NCBI GenBank assembly: GCA_041690355.1
Contig: JAWLHK010000007.1
Span: forward strand, 62,001-119,121
Direction of reading: 5' to 3'
Origin: a bacterium
GTDB taxonomy: Bacteria; J088; JAWLBW01
DNA: 57,121 nucleotides
Made by a program: the position numbers and the translations under genes
The notes under the pieces: generated by a model
Database searches by the model: none
Seen by the model: only the letters and a program-made list of their open reading frames with translations
Told to the model about the DNA's origin: nothing
Part shown: one piece after another, positions 48,013 to 56,709 of the stretch
How the letters are laid out: every line of letters starts with the position of its first letter
Position numbering within the stretch: position 1 is the stretch's first letter

Positions 48013-48702
48013 ATGCGTCGCGTGCAGCTTCCCCAATTGACCCGGCAGCCCTGGTTCCCCACGGTCCTCCGCGATCGGATGCACGAGTTTCTCGTCTGGT
48101 TCGTGATGCTCGCCGACGCGGGCAAGCCGTTTCTCCCGGTGATCGAGCGGGGACTGGCCGCCACCGACGAAAAGCGGATCTTCAATTGCGACTTCGCGCC
48201 GGGCGCCGGCATGAACACGCTTCAGCCCTATCTCGACCCCGGCATCCAGGTGGAAGACGTACCTACCAACCCCTTCGCTCCTTCGCCCCGCGGACTCTAC
48301 ACCTTCGTCAACTCGCTGCACGCCCTCCCGCCCGATCTGGCGCGCGAATACCTGACGAAGATCGCCGCCGCCGGTAATCCGGTCGTGGCCGTCGAGGGGA
48401 ATAACGACAACTGGTGGCAGGCGATCGGCATGCTGCTCTTCGTGCCGCTGTCGGTGCTGGTCTTCGCGCCCTTCGTGAAGCCGTTCCGCATCAGCCGGCT
48501 CGTCTTCACCTACCTCATTCCGGTGCTCCCGTTCCTCACGTCGTACGACGGCGCACTGGCGCTCTTCAAGCTCTACTCGCCGGATGACCTGCGCGAGCTC
48601 ACATCGACCATTCGCGTCCCCGGCTACCGGTGGGAGGCGGGCAAGCTCCCCAACGGGCGTGGGGGAAAGATTCTGTATCTGCTGGGGACGCCGGAGCGAT
48701 AG
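48013..48702 (+). CDS. Hypothetical protein, degenerate class I methyltransferase-like
   Basis: DFAPGAG, TFVNSLH, hydrophobic insert, FTYLIPVLP...YDG. Strong RBS. Confidence 0.6.
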   Translation: MRRVQLPQLTRQPWFPTVLRDRMHEFLVWFVMLADAGKPFLPVIERGLAATDEKRIFNCDFAPGAGMNTLQPYLDPGIQVEDVPTNPFAPSPRGLYTFVNSLHALPPDLAREYLTKIAAAGNPVVAVEGNNDNWWQAIGMLLFVPLSVLVFAPFVKPFRISRLVFTYLIPVLPFLTSYDGALALFKLYSPDDLRELTSTIRVPGYRWEAGKLPNGRGGKILYLLGTPER

Positions 48703-48732
48703 GGGAACACGGAAATCCTCCTCGTCCCCGGG

Positions 48733-48767
48733 CCTTCTCCCTCCATCCTTGCGTTGCCGGGAGAAGG
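48733..48767. repeat. Palindromic repeat family 3 (degenerate)
   Basis: CCTTCTCCC...GGGAGAAGG. Confidence 0.6.
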
Positions 48768-48891
48768 GGTGTGGGGTATCGCCGGGTACCAGAATTGTCT
48801 CCCGGTATCGCTTGGTTGCGCCCAGAACCGCCCATTGGGTATCGTGTCAAGCAGAGGGCGCCCAAAAAATCCCACCTCTTCGGAGCGACAC

Positions 48892-50226
48892 ATGAAGTCT
48901 CCCATCACCAACACCCTTGGGCGAAAGCTCGCCCTCATCGCCGCCGTCGGGGTCCTGCTCTGGATTCCCACTATCATGGTTCAGGGCGTCATTGCAGAGC
49001 GCGAACAGAGCTCTGCGGCAGCAGTGCAGGAAATCGGCGCCAAGTGGGCGCAGCCGCAGTGGATAGGCGGCCCCATTCTAGCCGTGCCGTATACCAGTTG
49101 GTGGAAAGGGAGTGACGGCAAGATGAGTCGGCTGGAACGCCTTCATTTCCAGCTCCCAGATGAGCTCTCGATTCGTGCGGATCTCAGTCCTCAGCGCCGC
49201 TACCGCGGTATCTACGAAGCGACAGTCTACAGCTCTGCCGTTACGCTGCAGGCCACCTTCGGCCCGATCCGAATTCCAGCCCATGCCGATGAAACGGTCG
49301 AACCCCAGCTCAACCGCGCCGTCATCGTGGTGGGCGTCAACGATCTCCGCGGCATCGATAAAAAAGTAACGTTCGAGCTGGACGGGACATCCGGCGAAGC
49401 AGAGTCCGGCGCAAGCGAAGGCCCATTTCCCTCAGGGGTTCGCAGCCAGTTCGCGCTTTCCGAGGCGCAGCGTGACGGATTTTCGTTCCAGGCCACGCTC
49501 GGTCTGCGCGGCACCGATGGACTGCAGTTTCTTCCCCTCGGAAAAGTTACTTCCGTAGAGGTCACTTCAGCCTGGGCGAGCCCCAGCTTTGGAGGCGCGT
49601 TTCTCCCGAATGAATACAAGGTGTCCGACGATGGCTTCCACGCATCCTGGTCGATGCTACACTTCAACCGCAGCATTCCGCAACGTTGGATTGGCGAAGG
49701 TCTCACGTGGAAGGAAATCGAGAAAACGCAATTCGGCGTTTCGCTTCTGCAGGTTGCGGATCATTACCAGAAAAGCATGCGGGCCGTGAAGTACGCGATC
49801 CTCTTCATCCTTCTCACCTTCGTTACCTGCTTCATCCTCGAAGTCATTGGGGGATTCGCACTGCACCCGATACAGTACCTGCTGGTCGGTGCAGCCATCA
49901 GCCTCTTCTTCCTCCTTCTCGTTTCTCTTTCCGAGCACTTAGACTTCGGCATTTCCTATGCTGCCGCCACGGGAATGACACTATTGGTCATCCTCCTTTA
50001 CGCAGCCGCCATTCTTCATTCCGTCCGGCACGTTGCAGCCCTGGGGGGCATCCTCGGGACGCTATACGCCTTTCTTTACGTAGTACTCCAGCTTGAAGAC
50101 TACGCACTTCTGGTCGGAACCCTCGGTGTCTTCGCCGCCCTGGCTGGTGTCATGTGGACCACGCGGCACATCAACTGGTACCGCATCGAAGAGTCGGTGC
50201 AGAACCCGCCGGAGAACGTGGTCTAG
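48892..50226 (+). CDS. creD: Inner-membrane protein CreD
   Basis: RYRGIY, WASPSFGGAFLP, YQKSMRAVKYAILFI, LHPIQYLLVG, SLSEH, EDYALLVG, TRHINWY. Confidence 0.92.
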   Translation: MKSPITNTLGRKLALIAAVGVLLWIPTIMVQGVIAEREQSSAAAVQEIGAKWAQPQWIGGPILAVPYTSWWKGSDGKMSRLERLHFQLPDELSIRADLSPQRRYRGIYEATVYSSAVTLQATFGPIRIPAHADETVEPQLNRAVIVVGVNDLRGIDKKVTFELDGTSGEAESGASEGPFPSGVRSQFALSEAQRDGFSFQATLGLRGTDGLQFLPLGKVTSVEVTSAWASPSFGGAFLPNEYKVSDDGFHASWSMLHFNRSIPQRWIGEGLTWKEIEKTQFGVSLLQVADHYQKSMRAVKYAILFILLTFVTCFILEVIGGFALHPIQYLLVGAAISLFFLLLVSLSEHLDFGISYAAATGMTLLVILLYAAAILHSVRHVAALGGILGTLYAFLYVVLQLEDYALLVGTLGVFAALAGVMWTTRHINWYRIEESVQNPPENVV

Positions 50227-50412
50227 GACTATGCCAGCATCATCCCCCACCCGTTCCTGCTAAATCCGTGCGTTGGGACGATGGGGGCTGAGGGAATCGG
50301 CAATGTCCCTTCGTTCACCTTCACCGTGGCCGGCACATGCCCGCCTTGTCTTCGGATCCCCGTGCCTCCTACACTTTAGCTTCGGCGGGAACGACGGGGG
50401 CCACGCGCCGCG

Positions 50413-50967
50413 CTACTCGGCCAGGCGCAGCCTCAGATACGCCAGGGCCTTTGCGCTGTCTTCGCTGGAGCGCAGCGCATCGGCCAGGGTTTCCAGCTGA
50501 CCGACAAGCGCCTCGCCGTACCGTGCGACCAGGGCATCCCGCTCGACCACGTCCTTGAGGGCCGCCACGGCGAGCGTCTCGGAGAGATCCCAGTCGAGAA
50601 CGCGGTGATCCTGCGGATTCGTCCGCAGCCGCTCCCACTCGCCCCCGTCGAACCACATGCCGCCGCACTGCGCGCAGCGTTCGAGGGAATACGGTTCGTC
50701 GTCGAAGATGGTGATGCGGATGAGCAGACCATGATGATTCGGGCACATGCCCGTCTTCGCGTCCCGGGCGCGGGCAGCTTCGGGATCGTCGACGGCGATC
50801 GGCTGCAGCAGGGTATCAGAGCCAATCAGGCGGATGGCTGTGGTACTCGCCATCCAGAGTCCGCCGCAATGCGGGCACATCCGGATATCCGGCGCCGGCT
50901 CGCGGGCCGCGGCGCGCGGATGGTAGACGGGAACCAACTCGTAAGACGCACACTTGGGGCATTCCAT
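50413..50967 (-). CDS. Tandem zf-TFIIB-type zinc-ribbon protein
   Basis: CPKC...CPHCGGLW and CPNH...CAQCGGMWFDGGE. Confidence 0.8.
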   Translation of the reverse strand: MECPKCASYELVPVYHPRAAAREPAPDIRMCPHCGGLWMASTTAIRLIGSDTLLQPIAVDDPEAARARDAKTGMCPNHHGLLIRITIFDDEPYSLERCAQCGGMWFDGGEWERLRTNPQDHRVLDWDLSETLAVAALKDVVERDALVARYGEALVGQLETLADALRSSEDSAKALAYLRLRLAE

Positions 50968-51103
50968 GGGCCGCTCCGTCACAAGAGTTCGACCACACTT
51001 TACCCCCATCGGTCCGAAGCGGCAACGACGCGGTGAGTTATCCCGGCACGGCGCAGTCTCGCCGGACTCCCCGAGCCGGACTGATTCGTGCTAGGCTCTA
51101 GAC

Positions 51104-51520
51104 ATGGAATCCAGGCGTGCACGCGATGAGGCGATCATCCGTTCGCTCGAGGCGGCCTACGATGCCGCCTGGACGGCAGGGGAGCATGACGCAATGCTGG
51201 CTGTCTATACAGATGATGCCGTGGCGATCGATCCGGCTGGGGTGCGGCTGGAAGGGCGCCAGGCATTGCGTCAGTGGTTGTCGACGTTTCTCAAGGGCAT
51301 CGCCCGCGGAACCAGTCGCCGGACGGCGATTCAGGCCATCCGGTTCATCACCCCGGACGTAGCCGTACTCGACGGCGAGGCTGCCATTGCGAGGGCTGAT
51401 GGAGCAGAACCCCGTTTCGACATGACCCACCAGTTTTCCGCCGTGCTCATCCGCCGCGGACATGGATGGCTGATCGCACACGTTCGGGCCGGCATCCCGT
51501 CGTCACATCCCTTCGAGTAG
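51104..51520 (+). CDS. NTF2/SnoaL-like (SgcJ/EcaC, DUF4440) protein
   Basis: YDAAW, YTDDA, GRQAL, IRFITPDVA, WLIAH. Confidence 0.82.
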   Translation: MESRRARDEAIIRSLEAAYDAAWTAGEHDAMLAVYTDDAVAIDPAGVRLEGRQALRQWLSTFLKGIARGTSRRTAIQAIRFITPDVAVLDGEAAIARADGAEPRFDMTHQFSAVLIRRGHGWLIAHVRAGIPSSHPFE

Positions 51521-51586
51521 GTCGCTTTCGCACAGGTCCGTCGGTCCGGCCCGGGGTTCTCCGCCATCACAGGGTGGAACCAGCCA

Positions 51587-52324
51587 TTACTCCCCGCCGG
51601 GAACCAGCCGGAAGGTGACGTTGCCGAGCTGGAAGCTTTCCCCCTCCACCGGAAGGCCCCGGTCCCGCGCGCGGGAGAGGATGGCCTCGGGATCCGCAGC
51701 GCCAAGCTCGACCGCGGTCACCGCATCGGCACCGGCGTGGAACCGGATCGTGCGCTCGCCCAGTTGCACCGCGGCGTTGCCGGTAGGCACCTCGAGAATG
51801 CGCCCCCATTGCACGGCCCGCGCATCCGGATCGGCCGCGGCGATCTCCACGCCCCGCAACGTCAGCGGATCGCCCGGCTGCGGGACACTCCCCTCTTCCC
51901 CTGCCCAGGCCCATGCGTCCCAGCTCGCCATGCGATCGAACGAAACGACCCCGCCGCCGATGTCTTTCGGATGCAGGTGGATTGTGGCCGCCTCATCGAA
52001 GGCGACTTCCCACACCACGCGCACCCCTTCGGCCTCAACCCGCCGGCGCACGCCCTCCAGCTCTTCGACCTGGAAGATGACCATGTAGCCGCAGGTCCCT
52101 TTCTGCCGGTCGAGAAGCCGGCCCACGGTCGTCCCGGACTGGACGGGCGACACGACTTCGAGAAAGCTGTCGCCGAGCCGGAAGAGCACATTCTCGAGGC
52201 CGAAAATCCCGACGCCGGGATCCCGGTGGGCGACGGGACGATCGAAGACAAAACCGAGAAGCTCGGCGGTAAACTCGAGGTCCCGCGCGGAAAGCGCAAT
52301 CTGACGCAGGCGGATGGACGGCAT
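51587..52324 (-). CDS. VOC family (Glyoxalase_3-like) protein
   Basis: RLRQIAL, FGLEN, FLEVVSP, GYMVI, LHPKD. Confidence 0.8.
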   Translation of the reverse strand: MPSIRLRQIALSARDLEFTAELLGFVFDRPVAHRDPGVGIFGLENVLFRLGDSFLEVVSPVQSGTTVGRLLDRQKGTCGYMVIFQVEELEGVRRRVEAEGVRVVWEVAFDEAATIHLHPKDIGGGVVSFDRMASWDAWAWAGEEGSVPQPGDPLTLRGVEIAAADPDARAVQWGRILEVPTGNAAVQLGERTIRFHAGADAVTAVELGAADPEAILSRARDRGLPVEGESFQLGNVTFRLVPGGE

Positions 52325-52447
52325 CCCCAGACCGTAGCAGCCGGACCCCGGGGGATGCAAATGGCGTTTCAGAAACGCGCCTGTCGGCTTGCCTTTCGGA
52401 CTCCGGGCGGATATAACGATGCGATACTGACGCCTCCCGCCTCGGAC

Positions 52448-53293
52448 ATGCCTTCCTCACCGGCCCGCCGCATCATCATCCTCGCGCTCTTTCTCGCCGG
52501 CCTCTACTGCCTGTACGCCGCGTTTGTCTATTCGCGGCAACGCGACATCCTCTTTCCCGCGCCCCGTCAGGCCGGCGGCATCGCCTCCTCGCCGCTCCCG
52601 AAAGATGCCGAGCGGATCGTGCTCGAGCTTCGAGAGGGACAGACCGAGGCCTGGCTTTTCGGCCCGAACGATCCCGTGACCGCGCCCACCCCTGTCCTGA
52701 TCTTCGCTCACGGCAACGGCGAACTGATTGAAGAGTGGGCGCCCCTGTTCCGCACGGTCCGTCAGCGCGGCCTCGGCGTGCTGCTCGTGGAATATCCGGG
52801 CTACGGCTATTCCTCCGGCGCCCCTTCGCAGGAATCGATCGCAGAAGCCATGATCGCCGCCTACGATCGGCTTCTCACCCGCGACTGGGTCGATCCCCGG
52901 CGCATCCTCGGATACGGCCGTTCCCTGGGAGGCGGCGCCATTCTCGTGCTCGCACAGCATCGTCCGCTTGCCGCACTCGTGCTCCAGTCCACGTTTACTT
53001 CGGTCCGCGCCTTCGCGGGCCGGTTCCTGGTTCCCGGCTTTCTCGTCCGCGATCCGTTCGACAACATCTCGGCCATCCAGGCCTACCGGGGTCCCGTTCT
53101 TGTGCTGCACGGAACGTCTGACCCTCTAATTCCGTTCGAACACGGGCAGGCGCTGGCGGCCGCTCTTCCTTCTGCACGGCTTCTCGGCCTCGACTGTGGC
53201 CACAATGATTGCCCCCCGGACTGGCTGCAACTCTGGCAGGAGATTTTCGCCTTCCTGCAACAGAGCCAAGTGCTCGACGTCTCAGGCCGATAA
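52448..53293 (+). CDS. Membrane-anchored alpha/beta hydrolase
   Basis: N-terminal TM, AHGNGE, EYPGYG, GRSLGG, HGTSD, GHND. Confidence 0.9.
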   Translation: MPSSPARRIIILALFLAGLYCLYAAFVYSRQRDILFPAPRQAGGIASSPLPKDAERIVLELREGQTEAWLFGPNDPVTAPTPVLIFAHGNGELIEEWAPLFRTVRQRGLGVLLVEYPGYGYSSGAPSQESIAEAMIAAYDRLLTRDWVDPRRILGYGRSLGGGAILVLAQHRPLAALVLQSTFTSVRAFAGRFLVPGFLVRDPFDNISAIQAYRGPVLVLHGTSDPLIPFEHGQALAAALPSARLLGLDCGHNDCPPDWLQLWQEIFAFLQQSQVLDVSGR

Positions 53294-53451
53294 CACCCGG
53301 AAGCCGGCTGCTTTCCGGACGCCGTGCACCGCAACAGACCGCCACGATAAACTGCGGACAAATCCGGTTGCCCACCGTCCCGCATAGCGATATACTCTAC
53401 CGATACACTGCTCAACGAACCGCTATCCACACGCAGCCAACCCCGACGACC

Positions 53452-53862
53452 GTGCCGCACCCCTTCGCCGATAACGCCCCTCTCGATACCCGCCCATTCC
53501 TTCGGCGCGCGCGGGACGAGAAGTATCTGACGTCGTCTCGCCGGCGCCTGGTGAACTCGTTCCGCCTGGCCGGCATCATGGCCCTCGGCGTTCCCCTCCT
53601 GCTCGCCCTGGGGATATCCGTACTGGCAGGCCCGTCCGCGGAAGGTATTTCCGCGGCGGCGAACGTCCTGCTTCGCCTTGGTTCGCTCGTTCTCGTTTCG
53701 CTCTTTTCCCTCGCGACGGCCTGGCTTCTGGGCGCCCTCAGCCTCGCGGCCGTGGCCTCCGTCCGCTGGGGAATCGCACCGTGGACCTCGCTGCGCATCT
53801 TCCTCACGTTACGCTATCCGCGGGAGTGGTTCGTTCCCGTGCCGACGCCGCCCCGAGGGTGA
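53452..53862 (+). CDS. Hypothetical two-TM membrane protein
   Basis: Two hydrophobic helices, GTG start uncertain. Confidence 0.5.
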   Translation: MPHPFADNAPLDTRPFLRRARDEKYLTSSRRRLVNSFRLAGIMALGVPLLLALGISVLAGPSAEGISAAANVLLRLGSLVLVSLFSLATAWLLGALSLAAVASVRWGIAPWTSLRIFLTLRYPREWFVPVPTPPRG

Positions 53863-53918
53863 TAGGATCGATCCCGGAGCGCATCCCGCGTTCGCATTCC
53901 GGCTGATCGGATTCACTC

Positions 53919-54365
53919 ATGCAACTCGCGACCATCGGCTACGAAGAAGGGACCGTCGACAGCTTTCTCCAGGCCCTCACGGAAGCCGGCATCGATCTGC
54001 TCGTCGACGTGCGCGCGGCGGCCCGTTCGCGCAAACCGGGGTTCGCCAAGTCGCGGCTGGCGGCGCATCTGCAGAGCGTGGGGATCGAATATCTTCACCT
54101 GCGCGGCCTCGGCACGCCCGAGGAAGGGCGCAAGGCGGCCCGTGCCGGTGATCACGAGACCATGAAGGGGATCTATGCGGTGCACCTGCGCACCCCCGAG
54201 GCCCAGGCCGACCTTGCGAAGCTGCTCGAGCTCGTCCAATCGGGCCGGCAGGTCTGCATCCTCTGTCTCGAGGGAAATCCGGAGCACTGTCATCGCAGCC
54301 TGGTCGCCGCCGCCGTCGCCGCCCGCATCCCGGCGTGCATCGTGCATCTGCATCCGGGCAGGTAA
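53919..54365 (+). CDS. DUF488 family protein
   Basis: TIGYE, LVDVR...SRKPGF, YLHL..LG, LCLE...CHRSLV. Confidence 0.88.
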   Translation: MQLATIGYEEGTVDSFLQALTEAGIDLLVDVRAAARSRKPGFAKSRLAAHLQSVGIEYLHLRGLGTPEEGRKAARAGDHETMKGIYAVHLRTPEAQADLAKLLELVQSGRQVCILCLEGNPEHCHRSLVAAAVAARIPACIVHLHPGR

Positions 54366-54439
54366 CCGGGCGCTGGTCGCTGGACGCTGGGCGCTGGGGG
54401 GGCTTGCCGGTCAATCGTCGATCGTAAATTCTGTGCGCT

Positions 54440-54489
54440 CCCTCGCTGTCACGTCCACTCCGTTCCCGCCGTCAGCTCGGGACGAACGG
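54440..54489 (-). repeat. Intergenic repeat family 1, unit B
   Basis: Matches 9468-9520. Confidence 0.75.
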
Positions 54490-54562
54490 TGTCTGGCGCC
54501 CTTGTTTGAATTCGTCACTCGTTACTCGTCACTCGTCACTCGCGTGCTGCTATCCTGTAAGC

Positions 54563-55243
54563 ATGGCGCGCCATCCGGAACACGGTCACTCACATGGTCA
54601 CGATCACGCACATAGTCACGGGCATGCTCACGATCAGGGGCTGCGCGGCTTTCTCCGCTACGCCCGGAACCTGCCGCGCATGTGGCAGTCGGAGGTAAGC
54701 ACCGCGGTCGTCGACCGGATCGCGCCGCGGCGGGGCGAACGCGTGGTGGAGATCGGCTCGGGCATGGGCGCCGCCGTCGGTGAGGCCGCTCGGGCCGGCG
54801 CCTTCGTGGTCGCCGTCGATCCCACCCCGTATATGCGCCGCGTTCTCCGCTTGCGCCTGCTGGTCCCCCTCCGCCGCGGACAGGTGCGCGTGGCCGACGG
54901 CGCCGCCGAGTCGCTCCCCGTGGCCGACGGTAGCGCCGACGCCGTCTGGTCGGTCAACACGATGCACCACTGGACCGACCCCGAGCGCGCCCTGCGCGAG
55001 ATCCATCGCGTGCTGCGCCCGGGCGGCCGCCTTTTGCTCGTCGACGAGGATTTCGAGGATCCCGCCCATCCCATGCACGCGCAGTTCCACGCCCGCCATG
55101 GCCGCCACGATCACCCGTTCACGATGGTGGAACCCGGTGACTTCGCGGGACAGTTGCGCGCGCTCGGCTTCGCCTCGGCCGAAGGGGGCAGGGAATCGAT
55201 TGCGGGACGGCCGGCGCGGATGGTACGCGGCTTCAAAGCGTAG
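54563..55243 (+). CDS. Class I SAM methyltransferase with His-rich N-terminus
   Basis: VEIGSGMG, AESLP, SVNTMHHW, RVLRPGG. N-terminal HPEHGHSHGHDHAHSHGHAH. Confidence 0.88.
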   Translation: MARHPEHGHSHGHDHAHSHGHAHDQGLRGFLRYARNLPRMWQSEVSTAVVDRIAPRRGERVVEIGSGMGAAVGEAARAGAFVVAVDPTPYMRRVLRLRLLVPLRRGQVRVADGAAESLPVADGSADAVWSVNTMHHWTDPERALREIHRVLRPGGRLLLVDEDFEDPAHPMHAQFHARHGRHDHPFTMVEPGDFAGQLRALGFASAEGGRESIAGRPARMVRGFKA

Positions 55244-55369
55244 GATTTCGCTTCTGCACCCACTCTGGTGGAGGGCAGAACAGCGACAGGCCCTTGAAGC
55301 GCTCCGCGCCTCCGCGTGGAATGTCCTGATTCGCGCTTGCCGACGTCCGACGTCCGACAACCGACGACG

Positions 55370-55768
55370 TCAGGAAGGGAGTCCGCCCTTTTCGCGGAAC
55401 CGTTCGCGCGCCCACGTCTCGGCCTCTTCCATCGACGCGGTCACGAAGCTGGGGGCCGCCAGGGGCGCCAGCGCGAAGAACCCCTTGAGCCCCACGCGCA
55501 GCACGGCCGACTGCACGACGAACGCGAACCCGGCGATGTAGCGTCTGTCGTTCTCGACGTTCGCTTTGGCAACATCGGCGAACGCGTTGATCGCCTTGAT
55601 ACCGGGCTGCTTGCCGCCGCGCATGTCGTGCACGATGGCCAGGGGGGTCTTGCGTGCGAAGAGCCGTCCCAGGTCGGCGGCGAAGCCGGCGGCATCCTCC
55701 ACGGTCGGCTCCTCGTTCCATGTGAAGCGGGCGAGCGGGAAACGGCTGTCGTCGAGCAGAACGGGCAT
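55370..55768 (-). CDS. STAS/SEC14 (SpoIIAA-like) domain protein
   Basis: AIVHDMR, GFAFVVQS, C-terminal SMEEAETW pattern. Confidence 0.65.
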   Translation of the reverse strand: MPVLLDDSRFPLARFTWNEEPTVEDAAGFAADLGRLFARKTPLAIVHDMRGGKQPGIKAINAFADVAKANVENDRRYIAGFAFVVQSAVLRVGLKGFFALAPLAAPSFVTASMEEAETWARERFREKGGLPS

Positions 55769-55980
55769 GACGGTCTCCGGGAGAAGGGGTCCATTCTACC
55801 GGCCGGGAACCGGCGCGGCAAGACACCTGGCGCCCCGCGCCCGCGACATCGGACATTCTGCGGCCGCGCCGGGTCCCGCGCGGACGGTGCATCTCGCCGG
55901 CTTCCCGACGGTCGGTTTGCCCTCCGGGCGCAGATTTGTTATGGTGCCCCCGTTCGAGTCCGTCCGAACGCGTGTTTTGC

Positions 55981-56709
55981 ATGCAGGAGAAGAAGCCGAC
56001 GCCACGCAAGGCGATCTCGCAGCGCCTGCGGAAAATCATGGTGGGTCCCGCCTCCCGCCGTGCCGCACCGCAGCCGGAGTTCGAGAAGACGCTGCTGAAG
56101 GCCTGGGATCATCCCGGAGCCGAGCTGCCCCGGAGTATCCGCAATGCACTGACACGCAGCCAGGTCGCCGGCATCGCGCGCGTCCGCCGCGAAAACGGCC
56201 TGCGCAGAAGCGCCGACGACACGACCCGGTTCTTTCTCGAAGTCTTTCACGCGCTTCCGCACCCCGTGCTGGTCACGCTGCACGCGGGTCTGCTCTGGAA
56301 CACCCGTTTCGCCGCCTGCCTCCGCCACGAAGAGGCCCTGCAGCGCCAGCTCCCCTTCCGCCGCCGCACGGCCGCGCTGCAGCGTTGCGCGCTGCTCCTC
56401 GAACACAGCGGGCATATCCACGCCGACCGCCTGCTGATGCCGCTCGGGCGGCAGGCCTGGCGGGCCCGCGTGGTTGATCTGCCGGCAGGCAGCAGCCGCG
56501 CGCTGTACCTGTCTCCCGTCCGGCTCGACCTGTCGAGCGTGCCCGCCGACGCGCGCACAATCGCGCTGTACAAGTGCAGTGGAATTCCGCACAAGCAGAT
56601 CGCGCTGCTCACGGGCAGAAGCAAGAGCTACGTCGATCACGTCTCGAGCCGCTACCGGACCGAGTTTCAAGTCATGAGGAACACGCTATGCCCCGCTCCG
56701 GCCCCCTGA
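55981..56709 (+). CDS. Putative regulator with PAS-like segment and C-terminal LuxR-type HTH
   Basis: FHALPHPVLV...WN (PAS-like) and SGIPHKQIALLTGRSKSYVDH (HTH-like). Confidence 0.5.
   Translation: MQEKKPTPRKAISQRLRKIMVGPASRRAAPQPEFEKTLLKAWDHPGAELPRSIRNALTRSQVAGIARVRRENGLRRSADDTTRFFLEVFHALPHPVLVTLHAGLLWNTRFAACLRHEEALQRQLPFRRRTAALQRCALLLEHSGHIHADRLLMPLGRQAWRARVVDLPAGSSRALYLSPVRLDLSSVPADARTIALYKCSGIPHKQIALLTGRSKSYVDHVSSRYRTEFQVMRNTLCPAPAP

Noticed and set aside
39384-55369. Integron cassette array or CRISPR array explaining the run of single genes
   Set aside because: Genes lie in both orientations, there is no intI or cas gene, no regular repeat-spacer period, and only one doubtful attC-like site.
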